Positions 39,968-50,199 of a DNA stretch of 64,000 nucleotides are shown here, in pieces. Origin of the DNA: Bdellovibrio sp. GTDB lineage: Bacteria; Bdellovibrionota; Bdellovibrionia; Bdellovibrionales; Bdellovibrionaceae. Made by a program: the position numbers and the translations under genes. Position 1 is the stretch's first letter; the number at the start of each line of letters is the position of its first letter. The notes under the pieces are model-generated. The model was not told the origin of the DNA. It did not search any database and saw nothing but the letters and a program-made list of their open reading frames with translations. The stretch spans positions 128,001 to 192,000 of the forward strand of contig JAKFCY010000003.1 in the NCBI GenBank assembly GCA_036676395.1. The letters are read 5' to 3'.

Positions 39968-40530
39968 ACCGGAATCACTTCGACATTAGGATCAAATTCA
40001 TCTTTAAGAATGCCTTCAATGGCCATTAATGTACCTGTGGTTGAACTTGGGCATGTGCCACATGCCCCTTGGTAAGTGACATAAACTTTATTATCTTCAA
40101 ATTTAATCACTTCGATATCACCGCCATCGCCTTGTAAACCAGGGCGAATCGTACGATCTAAAATCTCTTCGATTTTTTGTTGTTCAGGCGATAAATTTTG
40201 ACGAGCAATTTTTTTCTCATCAACGATAGTTTGATTTGGGTTATGCACCGGCATACGTGTTTGAATAACGGCACAAACTTGTTGAATGATTTCTTCTGAT
40301 TCCACATCGAATTGGTGGGTCACCGTGATCACGTTTTGAAAGTAATGCACTTGTTTGACACCCGGAATTTGAAATAGTGAACGCGCTAAATTATTGTGTT
40401 CAGCTTCCTGAATATTTGAATAGGTTGCCTTACCTTCGGTTAATACCGGACGGTCTAAGACAAACTTCCAAGCACTAGGGTTTGGTGTTTCTTGCACACG
40501 AATTAAAACTTCATTTTGTGTCGGGGTCAT
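39964..40530 (-). CDS. NifU/Nfu-type Fe-S scaffold or carrier
   Basis: ETPNP N-domain, IRPGLQGDGGD, GACGTCPSS. Confidence 0.9.
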   Translation of the reverse strand: MTPTQNEVLIRVQETPNPSAWKFVLDRPVLTEGKATYSNIQEAEHNNLARSLFQIPGVKQVHYFQNVITVTHQFDVESEEIIQQVCAVIQTRMPVHNPNQTIVDEKKIARQNLSPEQQKIEEILDRTIRPGLQGDGGDIEVIKFEDNKVYVTYQGACGTCPSSTTGTLMAIEGILKDEFDPNVEVIPV

Positions 40531-41744
40531 AATAACATCCTTTTTGCCTTTTCTACAGCAAGGACTAATCGTTCAACGTCTTCTTTATTGTTATAAATCG
40601 AAAATGAGGCGCGCACAGTTCCGGTTAACCCGAACTTGCGCAACAATGGCTGGGTGCAATGGTGGCCAATACGTACGGCAATACCCATTTTATCTAAAAT
40701 TTGGCCAACGTCAGCATGATGCACGCCTTTTAAATTAAAACTTAAAATAGCCGCTTTCTCTTTAGCTTCACCAAAAAATTGGATCTCTGGAATTTCTTTT
40801 AATTTTGAAACAGTTAAATTTAATAACTCTTGCTCGTGCGCAAAAACTTCTTTGATATCGTATTGAGTAAAGAAGTTAATAGCTTCTGCTAAGGCTAGAG
40901 CTCCTTCAATATGTGGAGTACCTGCTTCAAATTTGAATGGCAGATCATTGTAAGTGGTTTTTTCAAAACGCACTTCGCTGATCATGCTGCCGCCGAATTG
41001 ATATGGTGGCATTTTTAATAATAATTCTTTTTTACCGTACAAAATACCGAAACCGTACGGACCAAATAGCTTGTGGGCCGAGAAAACCAAGAAATCCACA
41101 CCTAAATCCACAACGTTAACAGCTTTTTGCGTCACTAACTGAGCAGCGTCTAATAAAGTGAGTGCGCCTACGGATTTAGCCTTAGCGATAATTTTTTTAT
41201 ACGGAGTGATTGTGCCTAAAATATTTGAACAACCTGAAAAAGCCACAAGTTTGGTTTTTGTGGTGATTGTTGTATCGATTGAAGCTTCGTCAATAGAACC
41301 ATCTGCATTTACGGCAATAAATTTTAAAATGGCCTTGCGCTGTAAAGCTACATTTTGCCAAGGCACTAAATTGGCGTGATGTTCTAGTTCAGTGATAACA
41401 ATTTCGTCGCCTTCATTGATAAAATTCATTCCATAACTTTGGGCAACTAAGTTAATACTTTCAGTCGTGCCTTTAGTAAAAATAACTTCTTCAGTACTAG
41501 CGGCACCAATAAATTTTTGAATGGTTTGTCTGGCATTTTCAAAATGTTTTGTCGCCTGATCACTTAAAAAATGTGATCCACGGTGAACATTCGCTGCTTC
41601 TTCAGCATAAAATTTTTCGATACGCGAAACTACGCGGTCTGGCTTCAGGGTTGTATTTACGCTGTCTAAATAAACCAATGGGTAACCGTTCACCATTTGG
41701 CGTAAAGATTTAAACTGGCTGCGGATGGCATTTACATCATACAT
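40527..41744 (-). CDS. sufS: Cysteine desulfurase, SufS type
   Basis: ANVHRG, EHHAN, FSAHKLFGP, FEAGTP, RIGHHC. Confidence 0.93.
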   Translation of the reverse strand: MYDVNAIRSQFKSLRQMVNGYPLVYLDSVNTTLKPDRVVSRIEKFYAEEAANVHRGSHFLSDQATKHFENARQTIQKFIGAASTEEVIFTKGTTESINLVAQSYGMNFINEGDEIVITELEHHANLVPWQNVALQRKAILKFIAVNADGSIDEASIDTTITTKTKLVAFSGCSNILGTITPYKKIIAKAKSVGALTLLDAAQLVTQKAVNVVDLGVDFLVFSAHKLFGPYGFGILYGKKELLLKMPPYQFGGSMISEVRFEKTTYNDLPFKFEAGTPHIEGALALAEAINFFTQYDIKEVFAHEQELLNLTVSKLKEIPEIQFFGEAKEKAAILSFNLKGVHHADVGQILDKMGIAVRIGHHCTQPLLRKFGLTGTVRASFSIYNNKEDVERLVLAVEKAKRMLL

Positions 41745-43010
41745 TTAAAATATCTCGTTTAATTTGTTCTCTAGAGTTTGGAAGATAAAGCCTTCCATCA
41801 CTTCGTTTTCTAATTTATAAACTAATTCTTTGGCAAAACCGTGCGCTATCATCTGCACAGCTTGTTTTTCACTGATACCACGGCTTAAGAAATAAAAAAT
41901 TTCATCTTTATTTAATTGGCCTACAGTTGATCCATGCCCGGCTTTAACGTCATCAGCATAAATTTCTAACTGCGGAATACTTGTCGCTTGCGCGGCTTTT
42001 GAAATCAGTAAGTTATTATTTAATTGCTCAGAGTTCGCTTTTTGCGCGTCTTGTTCGATACGCACGCGACCACGAAATACTGACTGAGATTTATCAGTTA
42101 AGATTGATTTGTAGTGCTGAGATGAATTGTTATGACCGATTTTATGGTGAATATATGTGTAATGGTCACAATGTTGTTGATCAGCTAATAATGTTAAACC
42201 AAATACACCGGCATAAGCATTTTCAGAATTAAATTCAGTCGCCAAATAATGACGCGAAGTTTTTGCGCCTATGGCTAAATCTAAACTAGTTAATTGGCTA
42301 TCTTGTGCTAATGAAAACTGAATACGGCCAAAAACAAAATCATTGTTATTCGCATTTTGTAAATTCGCAAACTTGACCTTTGCTGCACGACCCAGATTAA
42401 CTTGTAAATCATTGTTAAAGGCATGGGTTTGATTCACCTGCGATGTTAGGCCCAAAGTTTGCTGAATTAATTTTAACTCGCACTGCTCAGCAATGTTTAC
42501 TTCAATCATTGGCTGAACCAATGTGGCTTGTTTTGCAGAAACCACATGAACGATTTGTAAGGGTTTATCTAATTGTGATTTTTTATCAATCGTGATGACC
42601 ACTTTTTGAAAGCCAAAACCACGCGATAAATTAACTAGTTTTAATTCAGGCATATCGTTAGCGACTGTAAAATCTTTTTCTTCAAGATCTATAAGACTAA
42701 TTGGCACATCTGAATCAGATAATGTTTTATTTAAAAAACCATTCACAAAAACTAAATTGTAAAAATCAGAAGATAACTGTTTAGAAACATAAACCATTTC
42801 ATCATGGCTTAACATTGATTCTTCTAAAGCGATGTTCCAATCAATAGCTTTAGCATCTGATAAAGAAGTGAATTTCCAAGCTTCTTCTTTTTTGGTCGGA
42901 AAACCTTGGCTTGCAAATGCTTCGAATGACTTTTCGCGAAGCCCGGCAGCCTTTAGACTTTCTAAAGGGTATCTTAATTTAAATTGGTTATAGGTATTTT
43001 GATCTAACAT
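41745..43010 (-). CDS. sufD: Fe-S cluster assembly protein SufD
   Basis: EAWKFT, PQLEIYADDVKAGHGSTVG, FYFLSRGI. Confidence 0.92.
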   Translation of the reverse strand: MLDQNTYNQFKLRYPLESLKAAGLREKSFEAFASQGFPTKKEEAWKFTSLSDAKAIDWNIALEESMLSHDEMVYVSKQLSSDFYNLVFVNGFLNKTLSDSDVPISLIDLEEKDFTVANDMPELKLVNLSRGFGFQKVVITIDKKSQLDKPLQIVHVVSAKQATLVQPMIEVNIAEQCELKLIQQTLGLTSQVNQTHAFNNDLQVNLGRAAKVKFANLQNANNNDFVFGRIQFSLAQDSQLTSLDLAIGAKTSRHYLATEFNSENAYAGVFGLTLLADQQHCDHYTYIHHKIGHNNSSQHYKSILTDKSQSVFRGRVRIEQDAQKANSEQLNNNLLISKAAQATSIPQLEIYADDVKAGHGSTVGQLNKDEIFYFLSRGISEKQAVQMIAHGFAKELVYKLENEVMEGFIFQTLENKLNEIF

Positions 43011-43759
43011 TATACCAACCAGTCGTAGCCTTTTTTCTCTAGTTCATGGGCTAAAGTAGCATCACCTGTTTGGATGATTTTACCGTCAGCAAGTACATGA
43101 ACAAAGTCAGGCTTAATGTAATCTAATAGTCTTTGGTAATGCGTAACTAAAATGATCGCTTTATCTTTTGAACGAAGTTTATTAACACCTTCAGCAACGA
43201 TTCTTAAAGCATCGATATCAAGACCAGAATCAGTTTCATCAAGAACAGCTAAACGTGGTGATAACACTGCCATTTGCAGAATTTCATTACGCTTTTTCTC
43301 GCCACCAGAAAAACCAACGTTTACAGGACGCTCTAAGTATTCAGGCTTCATGCTTACTAATTTCATTTTTTGATATAAAAATTCTCTGAAATCACCTTCA
43401 GTCATCGCGTCAGAGCCTTGGTGTTCTAATACAGAATTAAAAGCCGTGTGCAAGAAAGTAAAATTACTTACTCCTGGCACTTCAACCGGATATTGAAAAC
43501 CTAAAAAGATGCCTTCTTTAGCGCGCACATCCGGAGTTAGCTCTAGAAGGTTTTGCATCTTAAAATTAATATCATATTTAATTTCACCAGAAGTGATTTC
43601 ATACGCAGGGTGTCCGGCTAAGATTTTTGCTAATGTCGATTTACCGGCGCCGTTTGGCCCCATGATCGCATGCACTTCACCTGGTTTAACTGTTAGGTTT
43701 AAACCTTTTAGAATCTCTTTATCATCAATTTTAGCTTTTAAATTTTTAATTTCTAACAT
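43010..43759 (-). CDS. sufC: Fe-S cluster assembly ATPase SufC
   Basis: GPNGAGKSTL, FQYPVEVPGV, FSGGEKKRNE, DSGLDIDA. Confidence 0.96.
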   Translation of the reverse strand: MLEIKNLKAKIDDKEILKGLNLTVKPGEVHAIMGPNGAGKSTLAKILAGHPAYEITSGEIKYDINFKMQNLLELTPDVRAKEGIFLGFQYPVEVPGVSNFTFLHTAFNSVLEHQGSDAMTEGDFREFLYQKMKLVSMKPEYLERPVNVGFSGGEKKRNEILQMAVLSPRLAVLDETDSGLDIDALRIVAEGVNKLRSKDKAIILVTHYQRLLDYIKPDFVHVLADGKIIQTGDATLAHELEKKGYDWLV

Positions 43760-43764
43760 CTTTA

Positions 43765-45201
43765 CTACCCTACGCTATTTTCTAATTTCATTTCGATTAA
43801 CTTAACGGCTTCGACCGAGAACTCTAGAGGTAATTCTTTGAAAACCTCTTTACAGAAACCATTCACCAGCATGGAAATAGATTTTTCTGTATTTAACCCA
43901 CGTGATTGTAAATAGAAGAGCTGATCTTCTGAAATACGTGAAGTCGTCGCCTCATGCTCAAGAACTGCGGTATTATTTTTTACTTCAATATACGGAAACG
44001 TATGCGCACTAGATCTATCACCCACAAGCATAGAATCACATTGTGAATAATTACGCGCATTTTCTGCTGACGGCATGATTTTCACAAGTCCGCGGTAAGC
44101 ATTTGATGACTGCCCTGCTGAAATCCCTTTAGAGATAATCGTGCTTTTTGTATTTTTACCGATATGGATCATTTTAGTTCCGGTATCAGCCTGCATATAA
44201 TCATGAGTTAAAGCGACACTGTAAAATGCGCCCTCAGAGTTATCTCCTTTTAAAATTACCGAAGGATACTTCCAGGTAATGGCTGAACCGGATTCAACCT
44301 GTGTCCAAGAAATTTTAGAATTCTTACCTTGGCAGATACCACGCTTAGTTACGAAATTATAAATTCCGCCTTTGCCTTCTTTATCGCCGGTGTACCAGTT
44401 TTGCACAGTTGAATATTTGATTTCAGCATTATCCAATGCAACAAGCTCAACAATTGCCGAGTGCAGCTGGTTTTCATCACGCTGAGGCGCTGTACAGCCT
44501 TCAAGATAATTTACGAAACTGCCCTCGTCAGCCACGATCAATGTTCTTTCGAACTGACCGGTTTCTTTAGCATTGATACGAAAGTACGTCGATAAATCGA
44601 CCGGACAACGAACACCTTTTGGAATGTACACGAAACTGCCGTCAGAAAATACAGCTGCATTTAATGCTGCATAGTAATTATCTGTAAACGGAACTACTGA
44701 TCCAAAATATTTTTCTACCAGTTCAGGATATTTTTTAATAGCTTCAGAAATTGAACAAAAAATAACTCCAACTTTTTCTAAGTCTTCGTTATGAGTCGTT
44801 GCGATACTGACAGAGTCAAAGACCACATCCATCGCCACACCCGAGATACGTTTTTGTTCTTGTAGCGGAATCCCTAAACGTTCAAACGTTTTAAGTAATT
44901 CTGGATCAATTTCATCCATCGATTTTTTAGCATCAATTTTTTTCTTTGGGGCTGCGTAATAAGTTAAATCCTGAAAATCAATCGGCGGATATTTAACTTG
45001 TGCCCATTTATTTTCACTCTGTGCAGGTTCGGTCAAAGTTAACCAATGACGGTAGGCCTTTAAGCGGTAATTTAATACCCACTCAGGCTCTTCTTTTTTG
45101 GCAGAGATTAAACGTAAGATATCTTCAGAAAGACCTTTAGGAACAGTCTCCATTTCGATATCGGTGGTAAAGCCATATTTATATTCATAAGAATCAGACA
45201 T
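43765..45201 (-). CDS. sufB: Fe-S cluster assembly protein SufB
   Basis: [41 protein letters not shown] 45201. Confidence 0.96.
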   Translation of the reverse strand: MSDSYEYKYGFTTDIEMETVPKGLSEDILRLISAKKEEPEWVLNYRLKAYRHWLTLTEPAQSENKWAQVKYPPIDFQDLTYYAAPKKKIDAKKSMDEIDPELLKTFERLGIPLQEQKRISGVAMDVVFDSVSIATTHNEDLEKVGVIFCSISEAIKKYPELVEKYFGSVVPFTDNYYAALNAAVFSDGSFVYIPKGVRCPVDLSTYFRINAKETGQFERTLIVADEGSFVNYLEGCTAPQRDENQLHSAIVELVALDNAEIKYSTVQNWYTGDKEGKGGIYNFVTKRGICQGKNSKISWTQVESGSAITWKYPSVILKGDNSEGAFYSVALTHDYMQADTGTKMIHIGKNTKSTIISKGISAGQSSNAYRGLVKIMPSAENARNYSQCDSMLVGDRSSAHTFPYIEVKNNTAVLEHEATTSRISEDQLFYLQSRGLNTEKSISMLVNGFCKEVFKELPLEFSVEAVKLIEMKLENSVG

Positions 45202-45592
45202 GGAAGACCTCTTCAATAGAAATAGATTTATAAAAATCTTGAACTTTTTTATTCAAATTTTCGACAGGTGTTACGATCGTACATTTTTTTAAAAGATCAC
45301 ACTCTTTATCAGATAGGCATTTTGCAAGACCAGTCGAACCATCAACGATATTCACTAATTCATAAACAGAAACTTTTGATAAATCTTTAATTAGGCGATA
45401 GCCACCATGTAAACCATATTCGGCTTTTAAAATTCCATGCGAGCTTAACGTTTGTAAAACACGTGCTGTGACTTCAGCCGGTGCGTGTGTTGCCTCTGCG
45501 ATATCTTTGGCGGATACAGTTGTATCATCACCTTCAGAAAAATGTTTTAACGCCATCAAAGCGTATTCAACTTTTTTGTTTAGTTTGCTCAT
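45194..45592 (-). CDS. Rrf2 family regulator (IscR/SufR-like, three Cys)
   Basis: [15 protein letters not shown]-x5-C-x5-C; heads the suf operon. Confidence 0.9.
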   Translation of the reverse strand: MSKLNKKVEYALMALKHFSEGDDTTVSAKDIAEATHAPAEVTARVLQTLSSHGILKAEYGLHGGYRLIKDLSKVSVYELVNIVDGSTGLAKCLSDKECDLLKKCTIVTPVENLNKKVQDFYKSISIEEVFHV

Positions 45593-45615
45593 CTATTATT
45601 TACCCACATTTGCCT

Positions 45616-45708
45616 AAAGGCGACAAATTTAGTCGTATATATTTAAGGCCATTTATACGCCGTTTTAGATGAAAGGCAATTGAAAATCCGATCTTTTTTG
45701 TCGTACAT
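45616..45708. promoter_or_regulatory. Two IscR-like operator sites
   Basis: AAAGGCGACAAATTTAGTCGTATAT (45616-45640) and AAATCCGATCTTTTTTGTCGTACAT (45684-45708). Confidence 0.6.
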
Positions 45709-45822
45709 TCAAGGGCTCAAATTCAATTAAACAGCCCTAGAGTTACATTGTAGCATAAATACCGCAGTTTGCTGGGGTTTTTGTCACTAGAAGCCGTCTA
45801 AATCGCGTGCTAGGTTATTCGC

Positions 45823-47055
45823 ATGGTAAGGCTCTGTTTATATCTAATTACCTGTTTGTTTTTCGCAAGCTGCGCCAATAAAACTCTTATTCGCGACAGT
45901 GAATACCAACCTGTTTATTCAACTTTAGAAAAAAATTATCCTGATGAAGCGCTGTTAGTATTTCCGCAAAAAGAAGAAAATGGATTTATCACAACTTTTG
46001 AAAAAGCATGGATCAAATTTTGGGGCGGAGAAAAGTTTTCTGAAACTGATATTAAAAAAGTGCAGGCCCTTTCTGATCAAATCGAAAAAAGAAAATTTGT
46101 CAGCATTAGTTATGAAGCTTCAGTGTTTTTAGTTGGCGAAAGTGAGGATGGCTACATTCCATCTGAACATGAAATTATCTCACTTCATCTATTTCTAGCG
46201 ATGTTATATTTAGACCAAAATAAAACCGATTCGGCACATGTTGAACTTAAACGTGCCGTCGAGTACCTGGCTAATAATCCTGAGGGTAAAGAAACAACTT
46301 TTGACGATGCTGCAGTTAGAGTTTGGCTTGCAAGCTTATGGGAAGCCATTGGCGATCGCAATGCATCTGATGTAGATTTGCGCAAGGCAATGGAACTTTC
46401 AGGAAATAAATCTATCGAAAAATTAATTAAACCACACAAGCGTAAGATTCGACTTTTGATGAGTGGATTAGGACCTCGAACAAACTGGTCAAGCAGCGGA
46501 CAAACCTTTTACTTTGAATATAAATTAAAACCTGAATCGACTTCAGAAAATGATTTTATTTTTTCAACCCGCAATTGGTACGAATGGCATCAAAGCCGTA
46601 ATACAAAAATTCGTGAACGCTTATTATCAAGCCACTACATGGCAAATTCTTTAGGCCATAAGACATCGCGAGTAACACAAAAAACTGCGGGCTTAGCCTT
46701 TACTGGAGCAATGTACACAGCAGCCGTGGGTGTTTTTTTGGGAGGCCTTTATCTGGCCGCCCAATACGGCGGAGTTGATCCTGAGAGTATTGTCTATTTA
46801 GCAGCGGGCTTGGCAACTGCGATTGTTGGTTTAGCTGAAGATCTGCGTATAAGTGTCGATAAAAAAATTGAAGCCTCGAAATCAAATGAAGCTGAAAATC
46901 TTAAAGTTTACCGCAGGATTCGCTTCTTACCGAGCCAAATTCAGTACATTGATGAAAACTTAGCCACAGCTTCTAAAAACAAAACCTATAAAGGTTTTCG
47001 TAAATTGTTAGGCACAGGTCATAATCAGGTTGAGTTTATCTGGAACCCTGAATAG
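45823..47055 (+). CDS. Hypothetical lipoprotein with TPR-like helices and a C-terminal hydrophobic hairpin
   Basis: FASC lipobox; helical repeat pattern; Gly/Ala-rich hydrophobic segments. Confidence 0.75.
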   Translation: MVRLCLYLITCLFFASCANKTLIRDSEYQPVYSTLEKNYPDEALLVFPQKEENGFITTFEKAWIKFWGGEKFSETDIKKVQALSDQIEKRKFVSISYEASVFLVGESEDGYIPSEHEIISLHLFLAMLYLDQNKTDSAHVELKRAVEYLANNPEGKETTFDDAAVRVWLASLWEAIGDRNASDVDLRKAMELSGNKSIEKLIKPHKRKIRLLMSGLGPRTNWSSSGQTFYFEYKLKPESTSENDFIFSTRNWYEWHQSRNTKIRERLLSSHYMANSLGHKTSRVTQKTAGLAFTGAMYTAAVGVFLGGLYLAAQYGGVDPESIVYLAAGLATAIVGLAEDLRISVDKKIEASKSNEAENLKVYRRIRFLPSQIQYIDENLATASKNKTYKGFRKLLGTGHNQVEFIWNPE

Positions 47056-47066
47056 ATTGAGTTCAA

Positions 47067-47831
47067 ATGAGAGTTATTCAAGCTATCTTAATATCGTTAT
47101 TCGTCAGCGCCATCGTATTTTTCACAATTAAATTTTGGGGCTTAGGCGTACCTTACGCGGATTATAAACATCCGTTTACTGAAACAACTGAAATTTTAAT
47201 TTTCAAAAAACCAACGTTTGCAAATGTTGATCAAGCAATTCTTACGACAACTGACAATTTGTATTTAGATGTGGCGAACACCCGAGATCAAAAGCTGGTG
47301 ATCATTGCGACAAATAACGATCAATCTATGGATCACACTAAAGACATCCGTAATAAACAGTATGTTGAAGTTGAAAAAGATGTTTTGTTATTAGAAAAAT
47401 ATAAAGACCATTTAAAAAACAGAAGAATTATTTTTAACATCAATGAAAATGCCATCGGTGGGCATCTGATTTTTACAGATCATGTTAAATCGTTAGGTTT
47501 AGAAAAAGGCGATAACATTTTAATTACGACCCCGTATGAAACATTATCAAAAACAATCAAAGAAATCTTACCCACTTTTATTTACGGAACAACGGCTCCT
47601 GAAATTCTAAAACTAAAAGCTATGGAATCTTTAAATCTAATCGAAGCTGCCACTATGCGTGCAGATGTTTTGATTTATCCTTTAACCTATTACAAACAGC
47701 CCTTTTACACTGACAAATTACAGGCTGAACTTAAACGTCGGTTTAAAAGAATTATCATTGGGCCAATCCCAGCCAGTGATGTTGAAGAAGCAAAAAAATT
47801 AAATCCACTGGGCATTGTTATCCAAGAATAA
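47067..47831 (+). CDS. Membrane-anchored degenerate GDPD-like protein
   Basis: LYLDVANTRDQKLVII resembles ExDVxxTkDGxxVxxHD but lacks the His/Glu. Confidence 0.6.
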   Translation: MRVIQAILISLFVSAIVFFTIKFWGLGVPYADYKHPFTETTEILIFKKPTFANVDQAILTTTDNLYLDVANTRDQKLVIIATNNDQSMDHTKDIRNKQYVEVEKDVLLLEKYKDHLKNRRIIFNINENAIGGHLIFTDHVKSLGLEKGDNILITTPYETLSKTIKEILPTFIYGTTAPEILKLKAMESLNLIEAATMRADVLIYPLTYYKQPFYTDKLQAELKRRFKRIIIGPIPASDVEEAKKLNPLGIVIQE

Positions 47832-47832
47832 T

Positions 47833-48969
47833 TTAGTCGACGCAACGATTTTGCGTATGACGGCGAACCAAGTCGCGGGCTTCGGCCATATTAGCCATAT
47901 ACGGTTGATTTTGAATAATCGCGTATTCCATAAAACTTAATTTTTTAATTTTACTTTTCTTTAATTGTTCGCGCATAGCTGGCTCTCGGCGCATTGATGA
48001 ACGAATCTCACTTAAATTTTGATAGGTGACAAAGTCTGATGATTTAACTATTTGGCCTGCCAATTTGCGATTCTTATAATAACCATCAATCAAACGTAAC
48101 GTGCCTGTTACACCGCGGTTATAAGCGAAATACACAAACTGTTCGATCATTTGCGGAGTTAAGATAGGTTCAATTTCTGGTCGCTGCTTTACAAGCTGCT
48201 GTTTAAAAAACATTTGATCACGTAGCGCATGCAAATAATGTAATAAAAATCCACGATATGGATTTTGTGGCAACGACATCATCGAACAGCGTTTGTTAAC
48301 CTGAAACGCATCTACATCCAACTTACCAATAGTGCTTGCAATGCGCTGGCAGCTAGAGCTGTTGCTTTCTAAAAGCACGCGACGTGTTCTTTCAACAAGA
48401 TCACGTTCAGTTACGCGCAACATGCCATTTTTTGTAAACTGGGCGACACCCGCATCGAAGCCTGTGCGATTGATCGCGTTCACATGAAAACCACTTTCGA
48501 TCATGATTTGCAGAAATGAACTTTTCGGATCTAAATTAAAACAATCTTTTACATCATGATAGGCGTTGTAAACTAAACGCGTGTAATTTTCACTTAAACA
48601 AGGGCGAGGCGCACCGACTTTTGGTTTTTCATCTTCGTTACTACAGTAAGCAAAACTGCCGTTGAAGTTTTTCTGCGCAAATTGAATACACTGAATTGGA
48701 AGTTTTTTATCCCATTCATCACTATGGTCTTCGTAATATTCAGTGGGCATTCGTAAAATTTGATCTTCTAGGTAAAGTTTACTGCGCGAGTGACAAATTT
48801 CGAACTCGGGTTGTTTTGCTGAAGGTTGTGTAACTTTAGTAGCTTTTGGCAATGGAACTGAGCTCGGCAAACGATCTACAGTTTTCTGAACACACTGAAT
48901 CAAAAAAAATGAACTCAATAACAGAAAAATTAATATCTGATTCGAGTTGCGTGTGCCTTTAAACTTCAC
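47833..48969 (-). CDS. SLT-like lytic transglycosylase domain protein
   Basis: IESGF..NA (catalytic Glu), GVAQF, AYNRG. Confidence 0.75.
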   Translation of the reverse strand: MKFKGTRNSNQILIFLLLSSFFLIQCVQKTVDRLPSSVPLPKATKVTQPSAKQPEFEICHSRSKLYLEDQILRMPTEYYEDHSDEWDKKLPIQCIQFAQKNFNGSFAYCSNEDEKPKVGAPRPCLSENYTRLVYNAYHDVKDCFNLDPKSSFLQIMIESGFHVNAINRTGFDAGVAQFTKNGMLRVTERDLVERTRRVLLESNSSSCQRIASTIGKLDVDAFQVNKRCSMMSLPQNPYRGFLLHYLHALRDQMFFKQQLVKQRPEIEPILTPQMIEQFVYFAYNRGVTGTLRLIDGYYKNRKLAGQIVKSSDFVTYQNLSEIRSSMRREPAMREQLKKSKIKKLSFMEYAIIQNQPYMANMAEARDLVRRHTQNRCVD

Positions 48970-48981
48970 TAAAATATCCTC

Positions 48982-49773
48982 ATGAAAAAAATCAATTCTT
49001 TACTCTTCATCAGTGTATCACTTTTTTTATGTCTTGAAACGGCTATGGCACAAACTCAGGCCTCGACAAACGTCGCGGTTAAGATGGGTGCACTTGAATC
49101 CATCATGCACGCTAGCCTTATCGTACAAGCGGTGATCATGATTTTAATTTCACTTTCAATTATGTGCTGGGGAATTGCCTGGAACAAATATCAAGACCTT
49201 AAGCAAGTACAAACAGCTAATAAAGCGTTTGATAACTTATTCTGGAAAACAAGTTCATTGGATGAACTGCACGAAAAAATAGAAGCTTTCAAAGATTCAT
49301 CGCATGCGCGTGTATTTAAGGCGGCTTACGCTGAAATGAAAAAAATTGCTGAATCCCCAATGTTAAACAAAAACATTAATAGCGAAACTGAACCACCATT
49401 ATTAGCAGGTTTAGATAATTTAGATCGCGCGATGAGAAAAGCGATTGAAAATGAAGTTTCAGCTTTAGAGTCACGTTTAATAGTATTGGCGTCGACTGGT
49501 TCAACTGGCCCGTTCATCGGATTATTCGGAACCGTTTGGGGGATTATGAATTCATTTCAAATGATTGGCCAAACCGGCAATGCAAGTCTTGCGGCTGTAG
49601 CCCCGGGCATTTCAGAAGCCTTAATCACAACGGCGATCGGCCTGGCCGCGGCGATTCCGGCAGTAATGATGTATAATCACTTTATTACCGAAATCAAACG
49701 TGAAGAATCACAATTAAATAATTTCAGTTCAGATTTTTTAAACATCGTAAAACGCAATTTCTTTAGAGGTTAA
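48982..49773 (+). CDS. tolQ: TolQ
   Basis: GPFIGLFGTVWGIMNSF, VAPGISEALITTAIGLAAAIPA. Confidence 0.92.
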   Translation: MKKINSLLFISVSLFLCLETAMAQTQASTNVAVKMGALESIMHASLIVQAVIMILISLSIMCWGIAWNKYQDLKQVQTANKAFDNLFWKTSSLDELHEKIEAFKDSSHARVFKAAYAEMKKIAESPMLNKNINSETEPPLLAGLDNLDRAMRKAIENEVSALESRLIVLASTGSTGPFIGLFGTVWGIMNSFQMIGQTGNASLAAVAPGISEALITTAIGLAAAIPAVMMYNHFITEIKREESQLNNFSSDFLNIVKRNFFRG

Positions 49774-49778
49774 TCACT

Positions 49779-50195
49779 ATGGGAATGAGTAGCGGCGGAA
49801 ATAAAAATTCAAAAATGGCGATGAGTGAAATCAACGTCACGCCATTTGTGGACGTGATGTTGGTGTTACTAGTGATCTTTATGGTTACGGCACCCATGAT
49901 GCAACAAGGAATTGATGTGAATCTGCCAAAGACATCATCTGCTGGTGTTGAATTAAACGAAGATCCTTTTGTATTAGTGATTGATGTGGCTGGCAAAATT
50001 AAAATTGCCGGCACGACAGTAGGTATGGATACTTTAAAAACAAAATTAAAAGCTATTTTTGAAAATAAAAAAAATAAACAGATCTACATTCAAGCCGATA
50101 AAAAAGTTGATTACGGTATTGTCGCTGAGGTGATGGGCGAAGCTCGCGCTGCAGGAATTTACAATCTTAGTCTAATCACGATCCCTAAGGAGTAG
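49779..50195 (+). CDS. tolR: TolR
   Basis: SEINVTPFVDVMLVLLVIFMVTAP. Confidence 0.92.
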   Translation: MGMSSGGNKNSKMAMSEINVTPFVDVMLVLLVIFMVTAPMMQQGIDVNLPKTSSAGVELNEDPFVLVIDVAGKIKIAGTTVGMDTLKTKLKAIFENKKNKQIYIQADKKVDYGIVAEVMGEARAAGIYNLSLITIPKE

Positions 50196-50199
50196 TTTT

